Notes under the pieces: model-generated
What the model was told of the DNA's origin: nothing
Databases searched by the model: none
The model's input: the letters and a program-made list of their open reading frames with translations, nothing else
Position numbers and translations under genes: made by a program
Assembly: GCA_017537265.1 (NCBI GenBank)
Contig: JAFYLE010000055.1
Coordinates: 1 to 44,459, forward strand
From: Clostridia bacterium
Lineage (GTDB): Bacteria > Bacillota > Clostridia > Oscillospirales > SIG627
Direction: 5' to 3'
DNA length: 44,459 bases
Part shown: positions 14,099 through 22,535 of the stretch, in pieces
Layout of the letters: each line of letters begins with the position of its first letter
Position numbering within the stretch: the stretch's first letter is position 1

Positions 14099-16693
14099 AT
14101 GAACAAACACGCGGGACTTACCTACGCAGAAGTGCAAAGAGCAAGACGGCTATACGGCGAAAACGTGCTGAAAAAGAAAAAAGAGCGGGGATTTTTCCTG
14201 CAATTTTTGTGCGCCTTCTGTGACCCGATGATCCTCATTCTGCTCGCATCCCTTGCGCTAAACGTGCTCTTTTCCCTCTCCGACGGACAGTTTTACGAGG
14301 CGTACGGGATCGCGGGGGCGATCTTGATCTCCGTCTTTGTCTCCACGCTTTCCGAATACAAAAGCATGCGCGCCTTTGAAACTCTGCGCGAAGAGGCGGG
14401 CGAGATGAAATGCCGTGTGTGGCGCAGCGGAAATCTGAAAACGATCCCCGCGCGCGAGGCGGTGGTGGGCGACGTGATCGAGCTTGCTGCGGGTGACGTG
14501 GTGGCGGCGGACGGTTACATGATCGAAGGGCGCGTATCGCTCGACCAGAGCGCGCTCAACGGCGAGAGTCGCGAGGTGCACAAATACCCCGCGTCAAAGC
14601 ACGAAAGCCTGCAGGATGCGGGAGCACTCTTCCGTGCTACGACGGTGCGCTCCGGCGAGGGGTTGATGCGTGTCACGCAGGTGGGCGACGCGACGCTCTA
14701 CGGCAAACTTGCCCTCTCCCTCGGCGAGGACAAGACGAAAAGCCCGCTGAAGGAGAAACTTGCAAAGCTCGCAAAGTTCCTCGCCCTCATCGGCTACTGT
14801 GCGGCGCTGTTTCTTGCCGCGGCAGACTTCCTCTCCGCCATTTACGACCTTGGCGGCAAAAGTCTCGGGGCGGGCTTTGCCAAGGTGGCGGAAAACTATG
14901 CGCTTCTCTTCCCGCCGCTTCTGCACGCGCTGACGCTTGCCGTGACAGTGGTAGTGGTCTCCGTACCCGAAGGCCTTCCCATGATGATCACGGTGGTGCT
15001 CTCCGCCCAAATGCGGCGCATGATGCGCGAAGGAGTGCTTCTGCGAAAACTCACGGGTGTGGAGACGGCGGGCGGAATGGATCTTTTGTTTTGCGACAAG
15101 ACGGGCACGCTGACCGAAGGCCGACACGCGGTGGAAGCCTTCTATACCGTAAAAAACGGCTCCCTCTCCCCCTTTGCGCCAAACGAGCGTGACCTTGTGC
15201 GCCACCTTGCACTAAACAACGAGGCCAAACGCGCACACGGTAAAATCTACGGCTCCAACGCGACCGACCGAGCTCTGCTTGCGGCGGTGAGCGAATCGGT
15301 GAAAATCACGGAGAGTGCCGCTTCCCGCACGCCGTTTGACAGCGCAAAAAAATACTCCTCCCTCACCCTCACGGACGGCACGGTGCTCATCAAGGGAGCT
15401 CCGGAGGTGCTGATGGGGCTGTGCGACACTTTTGAGTCGGGCGGGACGAACTACCCTTTGACGGGCGAGATGCGAAAGCGTCTGCATGCCGAAGTGGGCA
15501 GAATTGAGGCTCAGGGCGCGCGTGTGTGCGCGTTTTGCGAAAAAGCAGGCAACGTTGAGGGTGCGACGCTGAAGTTCTTTGCGGCGCTCTCCGACGCGCT
15601 GAGGGCCGATACAAGAGACACGGTACAAAAACTGCAAACGGCGGGCGTGCAGGTGGTCATGCTGACCGGTGACTCCGAACAGACGGCAAAAACGATCGCA
15701 AAAAAAGCGGGCATTGCCAAGCAAGGCTGTGTTTGCCTCGCTTCCGAAGCACTTGCAAAGGCCACGGATTCGGAAGTTCTCTCGCTCCTTCCGCGTCTTG
15801 CGGTGGTGTGGCGCTGCACGCCCGCCGACAAGAGCCGGCTTGCCGCGCTTGCGAAGTCCGTGGGGCGCGTGGTCGCCATGACGGGAGACGGCGTCAACGA
15901 CGCGCCCGCGCTGTGTGCGGCAGACGTGGGATTCGCCATGGGCAGCGGCACGCAGATCGCAAAAGACGCCGCAGACGTGGTGCTGACCGACGACCGACTG
16001 TCCTCCCTCTACCGTGCCGCGCTCTACGGACGCACGGTGACGCGCTCCATTCAAAAATTCCTCGTCTTCCAACTGACGATGAACTTCTGCGCGCTTGCGG
16101 TCTGTCTGTTCGGGCCGCTTTTCGGCATCGAAACGCCGATCGGTGTCCTGCAAATGCTGTGGGTAAACCTCATTATGGACACGCTTGCCTCCCTCGCGTT
16201 TTCCGGAGAGGTGCCGAGAGAAGAATACATGCGCCAAAAGCCGCGAAAACGCCACGAGCACATCCTCGCACGCGGGGAGCTTGCGACGGTGGCTTTTGGC
16301 ACGACGTTCTCCCTCATCCTCTGCCTTTTCTTCCTTTCCTCCGAGAGACTGAGGTCGCTCTACGGGTTTTACAGCGACCCGAGTGCTTTTTTGACGGCGT
16401 TTTTCATGCTCTTCGTATTCCTCGGGGTCTTCAACATGTTCAACGTGCGCACGCCGCGGCAAAAACTGTGGGCGAACCTCTCCCAAAACCCCGGCTTCGT
16501 TGCGGTGATCACGCTTATCAGCACCGTACAGACCGTACTGGGAGCACTCGGCTCCTCCCTCTTCGGCTGTGTGAAGCTTCGCGCACCGCTTTTGACCCTC
16601 CCCATTCTCCTCGCCTTAAGCATTCTGCCCGCTGACCTTCTTCGAAAAAACCTGAGAGAGTGCATACACTCTTTTCGGACAAGAAAACGCTAA
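14099..16693 (+). CDS. Cation-transporting P-type ATPase (type II, Ca2+-ATPase-like)
   Basis: Contains the PEGLP, DKTGTLT and TGDGVNDAPAL motifs, with the N-terminus GLTYAEVQRARRLYGENVL. The ORF-track start at 14060 lies inside the upstream terminator, so ATG 14099 was chosen. No strong RBS is visible. Confidence 0.9.
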   Translation: MNKHAGLTYAEVQRARRLYGENVLKKKKERGFFLQFLCAFCDPMILILLASLALNVLFSLSDGQFYEAYGIAGAILISVFVSTLSEYKSMRAFETLREEAGEMKCRVWRSGNLKTIPAREAVVGDVIELAAGDVVAADGYMIEGRVSLDQSALNGESREVHKYPASKHESLQDAGALFRATTVRSGEGLMRVTQVGDATLYGKLALSLGEDKTKSPLKEKLAKLAKFLALIGYCAALFLAAADFLSAIYDLGGKSLGAGFAKVAENYALLFPPLLHALTLAVTVVVVSVPEGLPMMITVVLSAQMRRMMREGVLLRKLTGVETAGGMDLLFCDKTGTLTEGRHAVEAFYTVKNGSLSPFAPNERDLVRHLALNNEAKRAHGKIYGSNATDRALLAAVSESVKITESAASRTPFDSAKKYSSLTLTDGTVLIKGAPEVLMGLCDTFESGGTNYPLTGEMRKRLHAEVGRIEAQGARVCAFCEKAGNVEGATLKFFAALSDALRADTRDTVQKLQTAGVQVVMLTGDSEQTAKTIAKKAGIAKQGCVCLASEALAKATDSEVLSLLPRLAVVWRCTPADKSRLAALAKSVGRVVAMTGDGVNDAPALCAADVGFAMGSGTQIAKDAADVVLTDDRLSSLYRAALYGRTVTRSIQKFLVFQLTMNFCALAVCLFGPLFGIETPIGVLQMLWVNLIMDTLASLAFSGEVPREEYMRQKPRKRHEHILARGELATVAFGTTFSLILCLFFLSSERLRSLYGFYSDPSAFLTAFFMLFVFLGVFNMFNVRTPRQKLWANLSQNPGFVAVITLISTVQTVLGALGSSLFGCVKLRAPLLTLPILLALSILPADLLRKNLRECIHSFRTRKR

Positions 16694-16731
16694 AAAGAAA
16701 GACGCGCAATTTTGCGCGTCTTTCTTTTTTT
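16694..16731. terminator. Bidirectional terminator between convergent genes
   Basis: AAAGAAAGACGCGC-aatttt-GCGCGTCTTTCTTT, flanked by A and T tracts. Confidence 0.8.
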
Positions 16732-16738
16732 ATAAAAA

Positions 16739-18112
16739 TTATTCGTTTGCGAGGAAGGCAAGAGATGCCTCGTACATGGCGTAAACGTCCAACTTGGAGA
16801 CGACCTCGAAGGGTGCGTACATGGAGAGCACGGGCACACCGACGTCCAGAACTTCCACGTTGAGTTTGGCAACGTACTTGGCAAGCGTTCCGCCGCCGCC
16901 GAGATCCACGCGGCCGAGTTCCGCGCTCTGCCAGGCAACGCCCTTGGCGTTGAAAAGGCGACGCATCTTGGCGACGACTTCCGCGGGAGCGTCGGAGGTG
17001 CCGTACTTGCCGCCGTGGCCGGTGTACTTGGCGAGGGCGACGCCGCAGTTCAGATAAGCGGCATTCTTTCTCTCGTGAGCTTCGGGATAAGTCGGGTCGA
17101 AGCAAGCGGAAACGTCCGCGGAGAGGCAGATGGACTTGGAGAGCATGAGACGCGGGTTGACGCCTGCGTTCTCAGCGAGTTCGTACAAGAAGTCGCGCAG
17201 ATAATTGGCGTCCAGACCGGTGACACCGTCGGAGCCGATCTCTTCCTTGTCGGAGAGCACGAGCACGGCAGTCTTGGTATAGGTGCCGTCGAGCATGGCG
17301 CGAAGCGGCGGGTAGGAGCAGACCTTATCGTCGTGGCCGTAGCCGAGCATCATGCTGCGGTCAAAGCCGAGGTCGCGCACCTTGCCTGCGGGAACGAGGG
17401 TGAGTTCTGCGCTGACGAGATCCTCTGCGGTGACGTTATAGTTATCCTTGAGGTAAGAAAGCACCGCTTCCACGATGGGTTCCTTCTCGTAATCGCCGTT
17501 CGGATAAGAGGCGATGAGGGTGTTGAGCATCTCGCCGCTGAAGCCCTCGCCGAGCGTCTTTTTGTCGCGGCCGCGATCCAAATGCGGGAGAAGGTCCGGA
17601 ATGCAGAACACGGGATCGTTCTCGTTCTCGCCGACGCAGATATCCACCTTAGTGCCGTCTTCACGCACGACGGTGCCGATGAGGGCAAGCGGAATGGTGG
17701 GCCACTGATACTTCTTGAGACCGCCGTAGTAATGGGTACGGAAGAAGGCCATGCCGCCGTCTTCGTAAAGCGGATTGGGCTTCAAGTCGATACGGGGAGA
17801 GTCGATGTGGGCGGCAATGAGGTTTACACCGTCGGCAAGGTTGTCCTTGACGTCCGCCAGAATGACGCTATGGCCGCGGTTGACGTAGTAGATCTTGTCG
17901 CCCGCCTTGACGCTGTCGCCGAAGTTAAACTCGCGATAGCCTGCGGCCTCGGCGAGTTTCACACATTCGTTGACGCTCTGACGCTCGGTCTTGGAATTTG
18001 CCAAAAACTCGGCGTAGTCGCGGCAAAACGCAAAAGCACGTTCGATCTTCTCGGGAGATTCCTTTGCCACATTCTTGGGTTCGTAGAGATTGGATTTCTT
18101 GGTTTCAGACAT
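16739..18112 (-). CDS. M18-family aminopeptidase (aminopeptidase 1 type)
   Basis: 457 aa from ATG 18112 (MSETKK...). AAHIDSPRIDLKPNP and GHDDKVC are typical of M18. The ORF-track start at 18148 would overlap the upstream gene. Confidence 0.85.
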   Translation of the reverse strand: MSETKKSNLYEPKNVAKESPEKIERAFAFCRDYAEFLANSKTERQSVNECVKLAEAAGYREFNFGDSVKAGDKIYYVNRGHSVILADVKDNLADGVNLIAAHIDSPRIDLKPNPLYEDGGMAFFRTHYYGGLKKYQWPTIPLALIGTVVREDGTKVDICVGENENDPVFCIPDLLPHLDRGRDKKTLGEGFSGEMLNTLIASYPNGDYEKEPIVEAVLSYLKDNYNVTAEDLVSAELTLVPAGKVRDLGFDRSMMLGYGHDDKVCSYPPLRAMLDGTYTKTAVLVLSDKEEIGSDGVTGLDANYLRDFLYELAENAGVNPRLMLSKSICLSADVSACFDPTYPEAHERKNAAYLNCGVALAKYTGHGGKYGTSDAPAEVVAKMRRLFNAKGVAWQSAELGRVDLGGGGTLAKYVAKLNVEVLDVGVPVLSMYAPFEVVSKLDVYAMYEASLAFLANE

Positions 18113-18113
18113 G

Positions 18114-18692
18114 TTAGTTCCACTCCTTTTCCGCTCCGTAAAGAGCAATATATGTTTTTGTATGTTCTGTCACTCGCTCAACGTAGGCTCGCGTCTCGTC
18201 AAGCGGGATATTCACAAGTTTGCCATCCTTACCGTAGGCGGGGTTCTGCAACCACTCTGCCACGCGCCCTTCGCCTGCATTGTAGGCGGCGAGCATGGCA
18301 TCCCCTTCGCCGAAACGGTTTTGCATGCGGGAAAGTTGCAGACAGCCGTAGCGGATATTCGTCTCTGCATCCGTCAGACGGGACGGATCGTATTCCTCGC
18401 CCGTCAGGGTGACGAGGTACTCAAAGGTGGATGGCATGATCTGCATCAGCCCCACGGCACCCGCGCGGGAAACAGCGTCTTTGTCAAAGTCGCTCTCCGT
18501 CTTGATGACACCGTACACCAGGGCAGGAGAAAGCGAATACTCGCGGGCGTATTTTTCCACAAGCTTTTCATACTTGACGGGGTACAGATAATCACGCCGC
18601 ACCATGTCGTAGGCCTTGAGCCCAACGAAGGCGATCGCTCCGAGCACGAGAAGCCAGACAAGGACTTTGAACACGATTCGAAGGGCCTTCAC
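18114..18692 (-). CDS. Membrane-anchored lytic transglycosylase (SLT domain)
   Basis: N-terminal TM helix, then the ESDFDKDAVSRAGAVGLMQIMPSTF and AYNAGEGRV motifs. Confidence 0.9.
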   Translation of the reverse strand: MKALRIVFKVLVWLLVLGAIAFVGLKAYDMVRRDYLYPVKYEKLVEKYAREYSLSPALVYGVIKTESDFDKDAVSRAGAVGLMQIMPSTFEYLVTLTGEEYDPSRLTDAETNIRYGCLQLSRMQNRFGEGDAMLAAYNAGEGRVAEWLQNPAYGKDGKLVNIPLDETRAYVERVTEHTKTYIALYGAEKEWN

Positions 18693-19291
18693 ACCTCTTC
18701 TCCCAAATTCTGTTCAATGAAGGAAAGCAGACGGTCCGCCTCCTCCTCCAAATGCAACACGGCGGAGTCGTTGTAAAGCAAAAGATCGCACTTTTCCTCA
18801 AGTTCTTCGTCGGTAAGCTGGTTGTCGAGTCGAGCGCGGGCGGCTTTTTCCGTCAATTTATCACGCTCGATGATGCGCTCCTCCTTGCGGGCGGAAAGCA
18901 GACCGACGACAAGGTCGCATTCACGGTCAAAACCGCTCTCAAAAAGCAGGGGTGCTTCCACCACGACGAGTTTTTCCGTAGCGGAGAGGTCGTAGAGTCT
19001 CTGACGCAAAACGCCCAAAATATGCTTGTGCATAATGCGGTTCAAGTCGGTGAGGGCCTCCTCGTCCGAAAAGACGAGTGCGGCGAGTGCGCCGCGGTTG
19101 ACGTTGCCGTCAGGAAAGAGGATCTCACCGCCAAAACGCTCCACAAGTTCCAGAAAACAGGGCGTTCCCTTCTCCTGTACCTCGTGGGAAATGCTGTCGC
19201 AGTCGATGGTTTGGATGCCGCGACGGGAAAGCAGTTCGCAAAAGACGCTCTTCCCGCTTCCGCTGCCGCCGGCAAGGCCGATGACCTTCAT
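18689..19291 (-). CDS. coaE: Dephospho-CoA kinase
   Basis: 200 aa with the P-loop GLAGGSGSGKS. The length and layout are typical of CoaE. Confidence 0.9.
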   Translation of the reverse strand: MKVIGLAGGSGSGKSVFCELLSRRGIQTIDCDSISHEVQEKGTPCFLELVERFGGEILFPDGNVNRGALAALVFSDEEALTDLNRIMHKHILGVLRQRLYDLSATEKLVVVEAPLLFESGFDRECDLVVGLLSARKEERIIERDKLTEKAARARLDNQLTDEELEEKCDLLLYNDSAVLHLEEEADRLLSFIEQNLGEEV

Positions 19292-19294
19292 ACG

Positions 19295-20323
19295 TTACAC
19301 CTCAATGATATCAAATTCGCAGGCGCGAAGCAGGCGGTTCTTCACCGCGAGTCCCACACCCTCTTCCTTGGGGAGTCTGGTATAAATGCGCTCCACGCGG
19401 CGCTTGTCAAAAGTGCGCAAGGCACAAAAGAGCGTTTCCGCCTGAGCGGCGTAGTCCTCGGCGCTGCCGAGAGACATGGTTCTTTCGTTTTTCGCAAGGT
19501 ACTCAAGATCCTCTTCATAGCAGAGGATGCCCGCACCCTCGCTTTGCGCCTTTGCAAAAAAGGCGCACACCCGCTCGTCCTCCCCGACGACGGCACTCAA
19601 GGGCGCCTGCGGGGCGTAGTGACGATACTTCATGCCGGGAGACGCCACGCGGCGCACGTCCTCCACACGAGACAGAACGCCTGCGTCCACGAGTACTTCT
19701 CTGCCCGTGACTTCTTCGATCATCTCCCGCGTGACGGCACCCGGGCGCAAAAGGCGCAGGGTGTCCGACAGAAGCAACACCGTGCTCTCCACGCCGTGCT
19801 CACACGTGCCGCCGTCCAAAATGGCGGCGATCTTCCCGTCCATATCCTCCACGACGTGGGAGGCAGCCGTCGGGCTGGGACGGTGCGAACGGTTGGCGCT
19901 GGGGGCCGCGATGGGACGGCGCGCAGCGCGAATAAACGCGCGAGCACCCTCGTGCGAGGGCACGCGCACCGCAACGGTGGAAAGTCCCGCAGACACGCGA
20001 GGAGACAGGGCGTCCTTACGCGGCAAAACCACGGTCAGGGGGCCCGGCATAAACGCCGCGGAAAGTTTTTCAAACAAGGCTTTGTCGGGAATGGAGGCGT
20101 ACACCTCGATGTCCGCAGGGTCGGCAAAGTGGACGATCAGAGGATTGTCTCCCTCTCTGCCCTTGGCCTCGTAGATCTTACAGACGGCGTCGGTATTCGT
20201 GGCGTCGGCACCGAGACCGTAAACGGTCTCCGTCGGGAAGGCGACAAGCTCGCCCTCGCGGATCAGTTTGCCGCAAAAATCCAATGCCGTCTCGGTAATC
20301 TTATCAAAAAAGAGCGTTTTCAT
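19295..20323 (-). CDS. tsaC: L-threonylcarbamoyladenylate synthase (Sua5/YwlC type, with C-terminal Sua5 domain)
   Basis: 342 aa with the motif VAFPTETVYGLGADA. Its start overlaps the prfA stop (ATGA). Confidence 0.9.
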   Translation of the reverse strand: MKTLFFDKITETALDFCGKLIREGELVAFPTETVYGLGADATNTDAVCKIYEAKGREGDNPLIVHFADPADIEVYASIPDKALFEKLSAAFMPGPLTVVLPRKDALSPRVSAGLSTVAVRVPSHEGARAFIRAARRPIAAPSANRSHRPSPTAASHVVEDMDGKIAAILDGGTCEHGVESTVLLLSDTLRLLRPGAVTREMIEEVTGREVLVDAGVLSRVEDVRRVASPGMKYRHYAPQAPLSAVVGEDERVCAFFAKAQSEGAGILCYEEDLEYLAKNERTMSLGSAEDYAAQAETLFCALRTFDKRRVERIYTRLPKEEGVGLAVKNRLLRACEFDIIEV

Positions 20324-21387
20324 CCCACACTCTCCTGCATGCGGCGTTCAAGATCCGCCGCGGTAAGTGCCTCAAACAGATCGGAAAGGCGGCCGTTTAA
20401 GACCTGCTCGAGATTGTGGGCGGTAAAGCCGATGCGATGATCGGTGATGCGGCCCTGCGGATAATTGTACGTACGGATACGTTCACTGCGGTCGCCGCTT
20501 CCCACCTGGCTCTTGCGGGAGGATGCGATCTCATCCGCCTGCTTTTTCTGCTCCGCCTCGTAAAGTTTGGCGCGGAGCACACGCATGGCCTTCTCGCGAT
20601 TCTTATGCTGGCTGCGCTCATCCTGACACTCCACGACGATACCCGTAGGCTTGTGGAGGATGCGGATGGCGGAGTCGGTCTTATTGACGTGCTGTCCGCC
20701 TGCGCCCGACGCGCGGTGGGTGTCGATCTCCAGATCGTCCTCGTTGATCTCCACCTCGACCTCTTCCATCTCCGGCAGGACTGCCACGGTGACGGCGGAG
20801 GTGTGGATGCGTCCCTGCGACTCGGTCTCCGGCACGCGCTGTACGCGATGCACGCCGCTCTCAAACTTAAAGCGAGAATATGCGCCGTCGCCCGAAATAA
20901 GACAGGTGACTTCCTTAAAGCCGCCAAGCTCGGTCTCGTTCGCGGAGAGGATCTCCGTCTTGAAGCCGTTCTGCGCGCAGTACATCTGATACATGCGGTA
21001 AAGCACGGCGGAAAACAGTGCGGCCTCTTCCCCGCCCGCGCCGCCGCGGATCTCCAGAATGACGTTTTTGTCGTCGTTCTCGTCGCGCGGGATCAAAAGC
21101 GTGCGGATCTCTGCCGTTTTTGCCTCGATGATCCGATCGGAAGTTGCGATCTCCTCACGGGCGAGTTCGGCAAGTTCACCGTCGCCCATGGCGAGGATCT
21201 CCTCCGCCTCCGCCTTGGCGGTCACCGCCGCCTGCAAAGCGGCGCGCGCCTCCACCACGGGCAAAAGGCGCTTTTGCTCGCGGATCAGGGCAAGGGACTC
21301 CTTGGCGCTTGCGGCAATCTCCGGACGGGACAACAGCTCGGTGATCTCCTCGCAGCGTTCAAAGAGGGGGCGTGTTTTTTCCAACAT
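20320..21387 (-). CDS. prfA: Peptide chain release factor 1
   Basis: Contains the GGQ motif (SGAGGQHVNKTDSA) and an RF1-type RVQRVPETESQGRIHTS. ATG 21387 lies 10 nt after an AAGGAAG RBS. The ATG at 21396 is an alternative start but is too close to the RBS. Confidence 0.93.
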   Translation of the reverse strand: MLEKTRPLFERCEEITELLSRPEIAASAKESLALIREQKRLLPVVEARAALQAAVTAKAEAEEILAMGDGELAELAREEIATSDRIIEAKTAEIRTLLIPRDENDDKNVILEIRGGAGGEEAALFSAVLYRMYQMYCAQNGFKTEILSANETELGGFKEVTCLISGDGAYSRFKFESGVHRVQRVPETESQGRIHTSAVTVAVLPEMEEVEVEINEDDLEIDTHRASGAGGQHVNKTDSAIRILHKPTGIVVECQDERSQHKNREKAMRVLRAKLYEAEQKKQADEIASSRKSQVGSGDRSERIRTYNYPQGRITDHRIGFTAHNLEQVLNGRLSDLFEALTAADLERRMQESVG

Positions 21388-21420
21388 GGGAGACATTCTT
21401 CCTTAAACTTCGTGTTTTGA

Positions 21421-21465
21421 AAAATAAAAAGAAAGCGCCGGGGCGTATAAAACGACCCGGGCGCT
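21421..21465 (-). terminator. Rho-independent terminator after the 92-aa ORF, 24 nt upstream of prfA
   Basis: The minus strand reads AGCGCCCGGG-loop-CCCCGGCGCT followed by TTCTTTTTATTTTT. Confidence 0.75.
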
Positions 21466-21475
21466 GTGAAATTTG

Positions 21476-21754
21476 CTATTTCTTGAGTTCGCGGTCAAGC
21501 CAGACCGTGCAGAGATCCAGCGCCTCATACAGTCCGGAGCGCTGTGCCTGTTTGACCTCCTCACCGGTCTCGTTGTTCATGAGCTGGATAAAAATGAGGT
21601 CGGAAATCTCCTGTCCGCGCACCTGCTTGGTGGTGAGGACAGTGAGGATCGCGCAGTACTTCTCCTTCGGGTCGCCGTAGCAGAAGATGCCCTCGCCGCG
21701 AACCAGCGGACGATCCTTGTAAATGGTGTAATCGGAAAGTGTGTTCTTTGCCAT
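21476..21754 (-). CDS. Hypothetical 92-aa protein (family not recognised)
   Basis: ATG 21754 sits behind a GGAGG RBS. The product is MAKNTLSDYTIYKDRPLVRGEGIFCYGDPKEKYCAILTVL... The composition looks protein-like and a terminator follows. The ORF-track 5' extension to 21934 overlaps ireB. Confidence 0.6.
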   Translation of the reverse strand: MAKNTLSDYTIYKDRPLVRGEGIFCYGDPKEKYCAILTVLTTKQVRGQEISDLIFIQLMNNETGEEVKQAQRSGLYEALDLCTVWLDRELKK

Positions 21755-21764
21755 GAGGCCTCCG

Positions 21765-22022
21765 TTAGCTCTTGAGATAACTCTTGACGATCTGCTGCAA
21801 GAGTTCGTCGCGATCGATCTTGACGATGAGCGCGCGAGCGTTGTTGTAATTGGTGATATACGTGGGGTCTTCCGACAAAATGTAGCCCACGATCTGGCTG
21901 ATGGGGTTGTAACCCTTCTCCACCAGTGCCTCATAGACCGCCATCAAAATGTCGCGAATCTCCTGCTCACGGTTGCGGTTGATGGCAAACTGGATTGTGT
22001 CGGTAAATTTTCTTTGATCCAT
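21765..22022 (-). CDS. ireB: IreB-family regulatory phosphoprotein (UPF0297/YrzL)
   Basis: 85 aa from ATG 22022. MDQRKFTDTIQF...VYEALVEKGYNPISQIVGYILSEDPTYITNYNNAR is the UPF0297 signature. RBS AAGGGGGAAAG at 22037-22027. Confidence 0.9.
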   Translation of the reverse strand: MDQRKFTDTIQFAINRNREQEIRDILMAVYEALVEKGYNPISQIVGYILSEDPTYITNYNNARALIVKIDRDELLQQIVKSYLKS

Positions 22023-22044
22023 AATTCTTTCCCCCTTGGAGACG

Positions 22045-22411
22045 TGTAGAGTGACTGAGCCTGTAAGCCGGGTTCTGTCCGACACTTGCGTGCCGTGGCG
22101 ATCATCTATCTGGGACGTGTGTTGCCACGCGCCTCTTGCCACCTGCGGGCGGGTCGGGCAAACCCATACTGCCCATATACGGTGTTGCTTCGGATAGGGT
22201 TTACAGGACTGCCATGTTACCATGGCGGCCGGTGAGCTCTTACCTCGCCTTTCCACCCTTACCTGCAAAATGCAGGCGGTATATCTCTGTTGCACTTTCC
22301 CGGGAGTCGCCTCCGGCGGGTGTTACCCGTTATCCTGCCTTGTGAAGCCCGGACTTTCCTCACCTCTCAGACTTTCGGCTCGTGCGGCGCGATCGCCCGT
22401 CTCAGTCACTT
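22045..22411 (-). ncRNA. rnpB: RNase P RNA (bacterial type-A-like)
   Basis: All on the minus strand:
- GAGGAAAGTCCGGGC at 22361-22347.
- ACAGAACCCGGCTTACAGG at 22078-22060.
- Closing P1 helix: AGTGACTGAG (22410-22401) with CTCAGTCACT (22059-22050).
- A consensus promoter immediately upstream.
The ends are approximate (+/-5 nt). Confidence 0.9.
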
Positions 22412-22415
22412 TTGC

Positions 22416-22444
22416 ATTATACCGCATTCTTCGTTATTTGTCAA
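22416..22444 (-). promoter_or_regulatory. Consensus sigma-A promoter of rnpB (TTGACA-17 nt-TATAAT)
   Basis: On the minus strand, TTGACA is at 22444-22439 and TATAAT at 22421-22416 with a 17-nt spacer. The predicted start coincides with the P1 5' strand. Confidence 0.7.
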
Positions 22445-22467
22445 ACATACTCTTAAATTTTTAACAC

Positions 22468-22496
22468 TTGATAATTTTTCTTATTAGATATATAAT
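22468..22496 (+). promoter_or_regulatory. Predicted promoter of the murD operon (TTGATA-17 nt-TATAAT)
   Basis: TTGATA at 22468-22473 and TATAAT at 22491-22496 with a 17-nt spacer, in an AT-rich divergent region. Confidence 0.6.
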
Positions 22497-22535
22497 ATTA
22501 TAGATTATTAAGCATACGCGAAAGGATGCGCGCTG

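Noticed and set aside
13145-16486. Minus-strand ORFs of 292 aa (13145-14023) and 424 aa (15212-16486)
   Set aside because: They are antisense to the permease and the P-type ATPase and have highly charged or Arg-rich shadow-frame composition.
18752-20440. 562-aa plus-strand ORF
   Set aside because: It is antisense to coaE and tsaC and part of prfA. The sequence is Arg/Gly/Ala-rich with no motifs.
20320-21396. Programmed +1 frameshift, as found in prfB
   Set aside because: The protein is RF1-type (PxT-like PET tripeptide context, no SPF) and is a single uninterrupted frame.
22023-22487. 5' extension of the ireB ORF (to 22295) and the small ORFs at 22136-22345, 22222-22464 and 22290-22487
   Set aside because: They lie inside the RNase P RNA gene, whose conserved elements and P1 helix explain the sequence. 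ireB has its own RBS and ATG at 22022.
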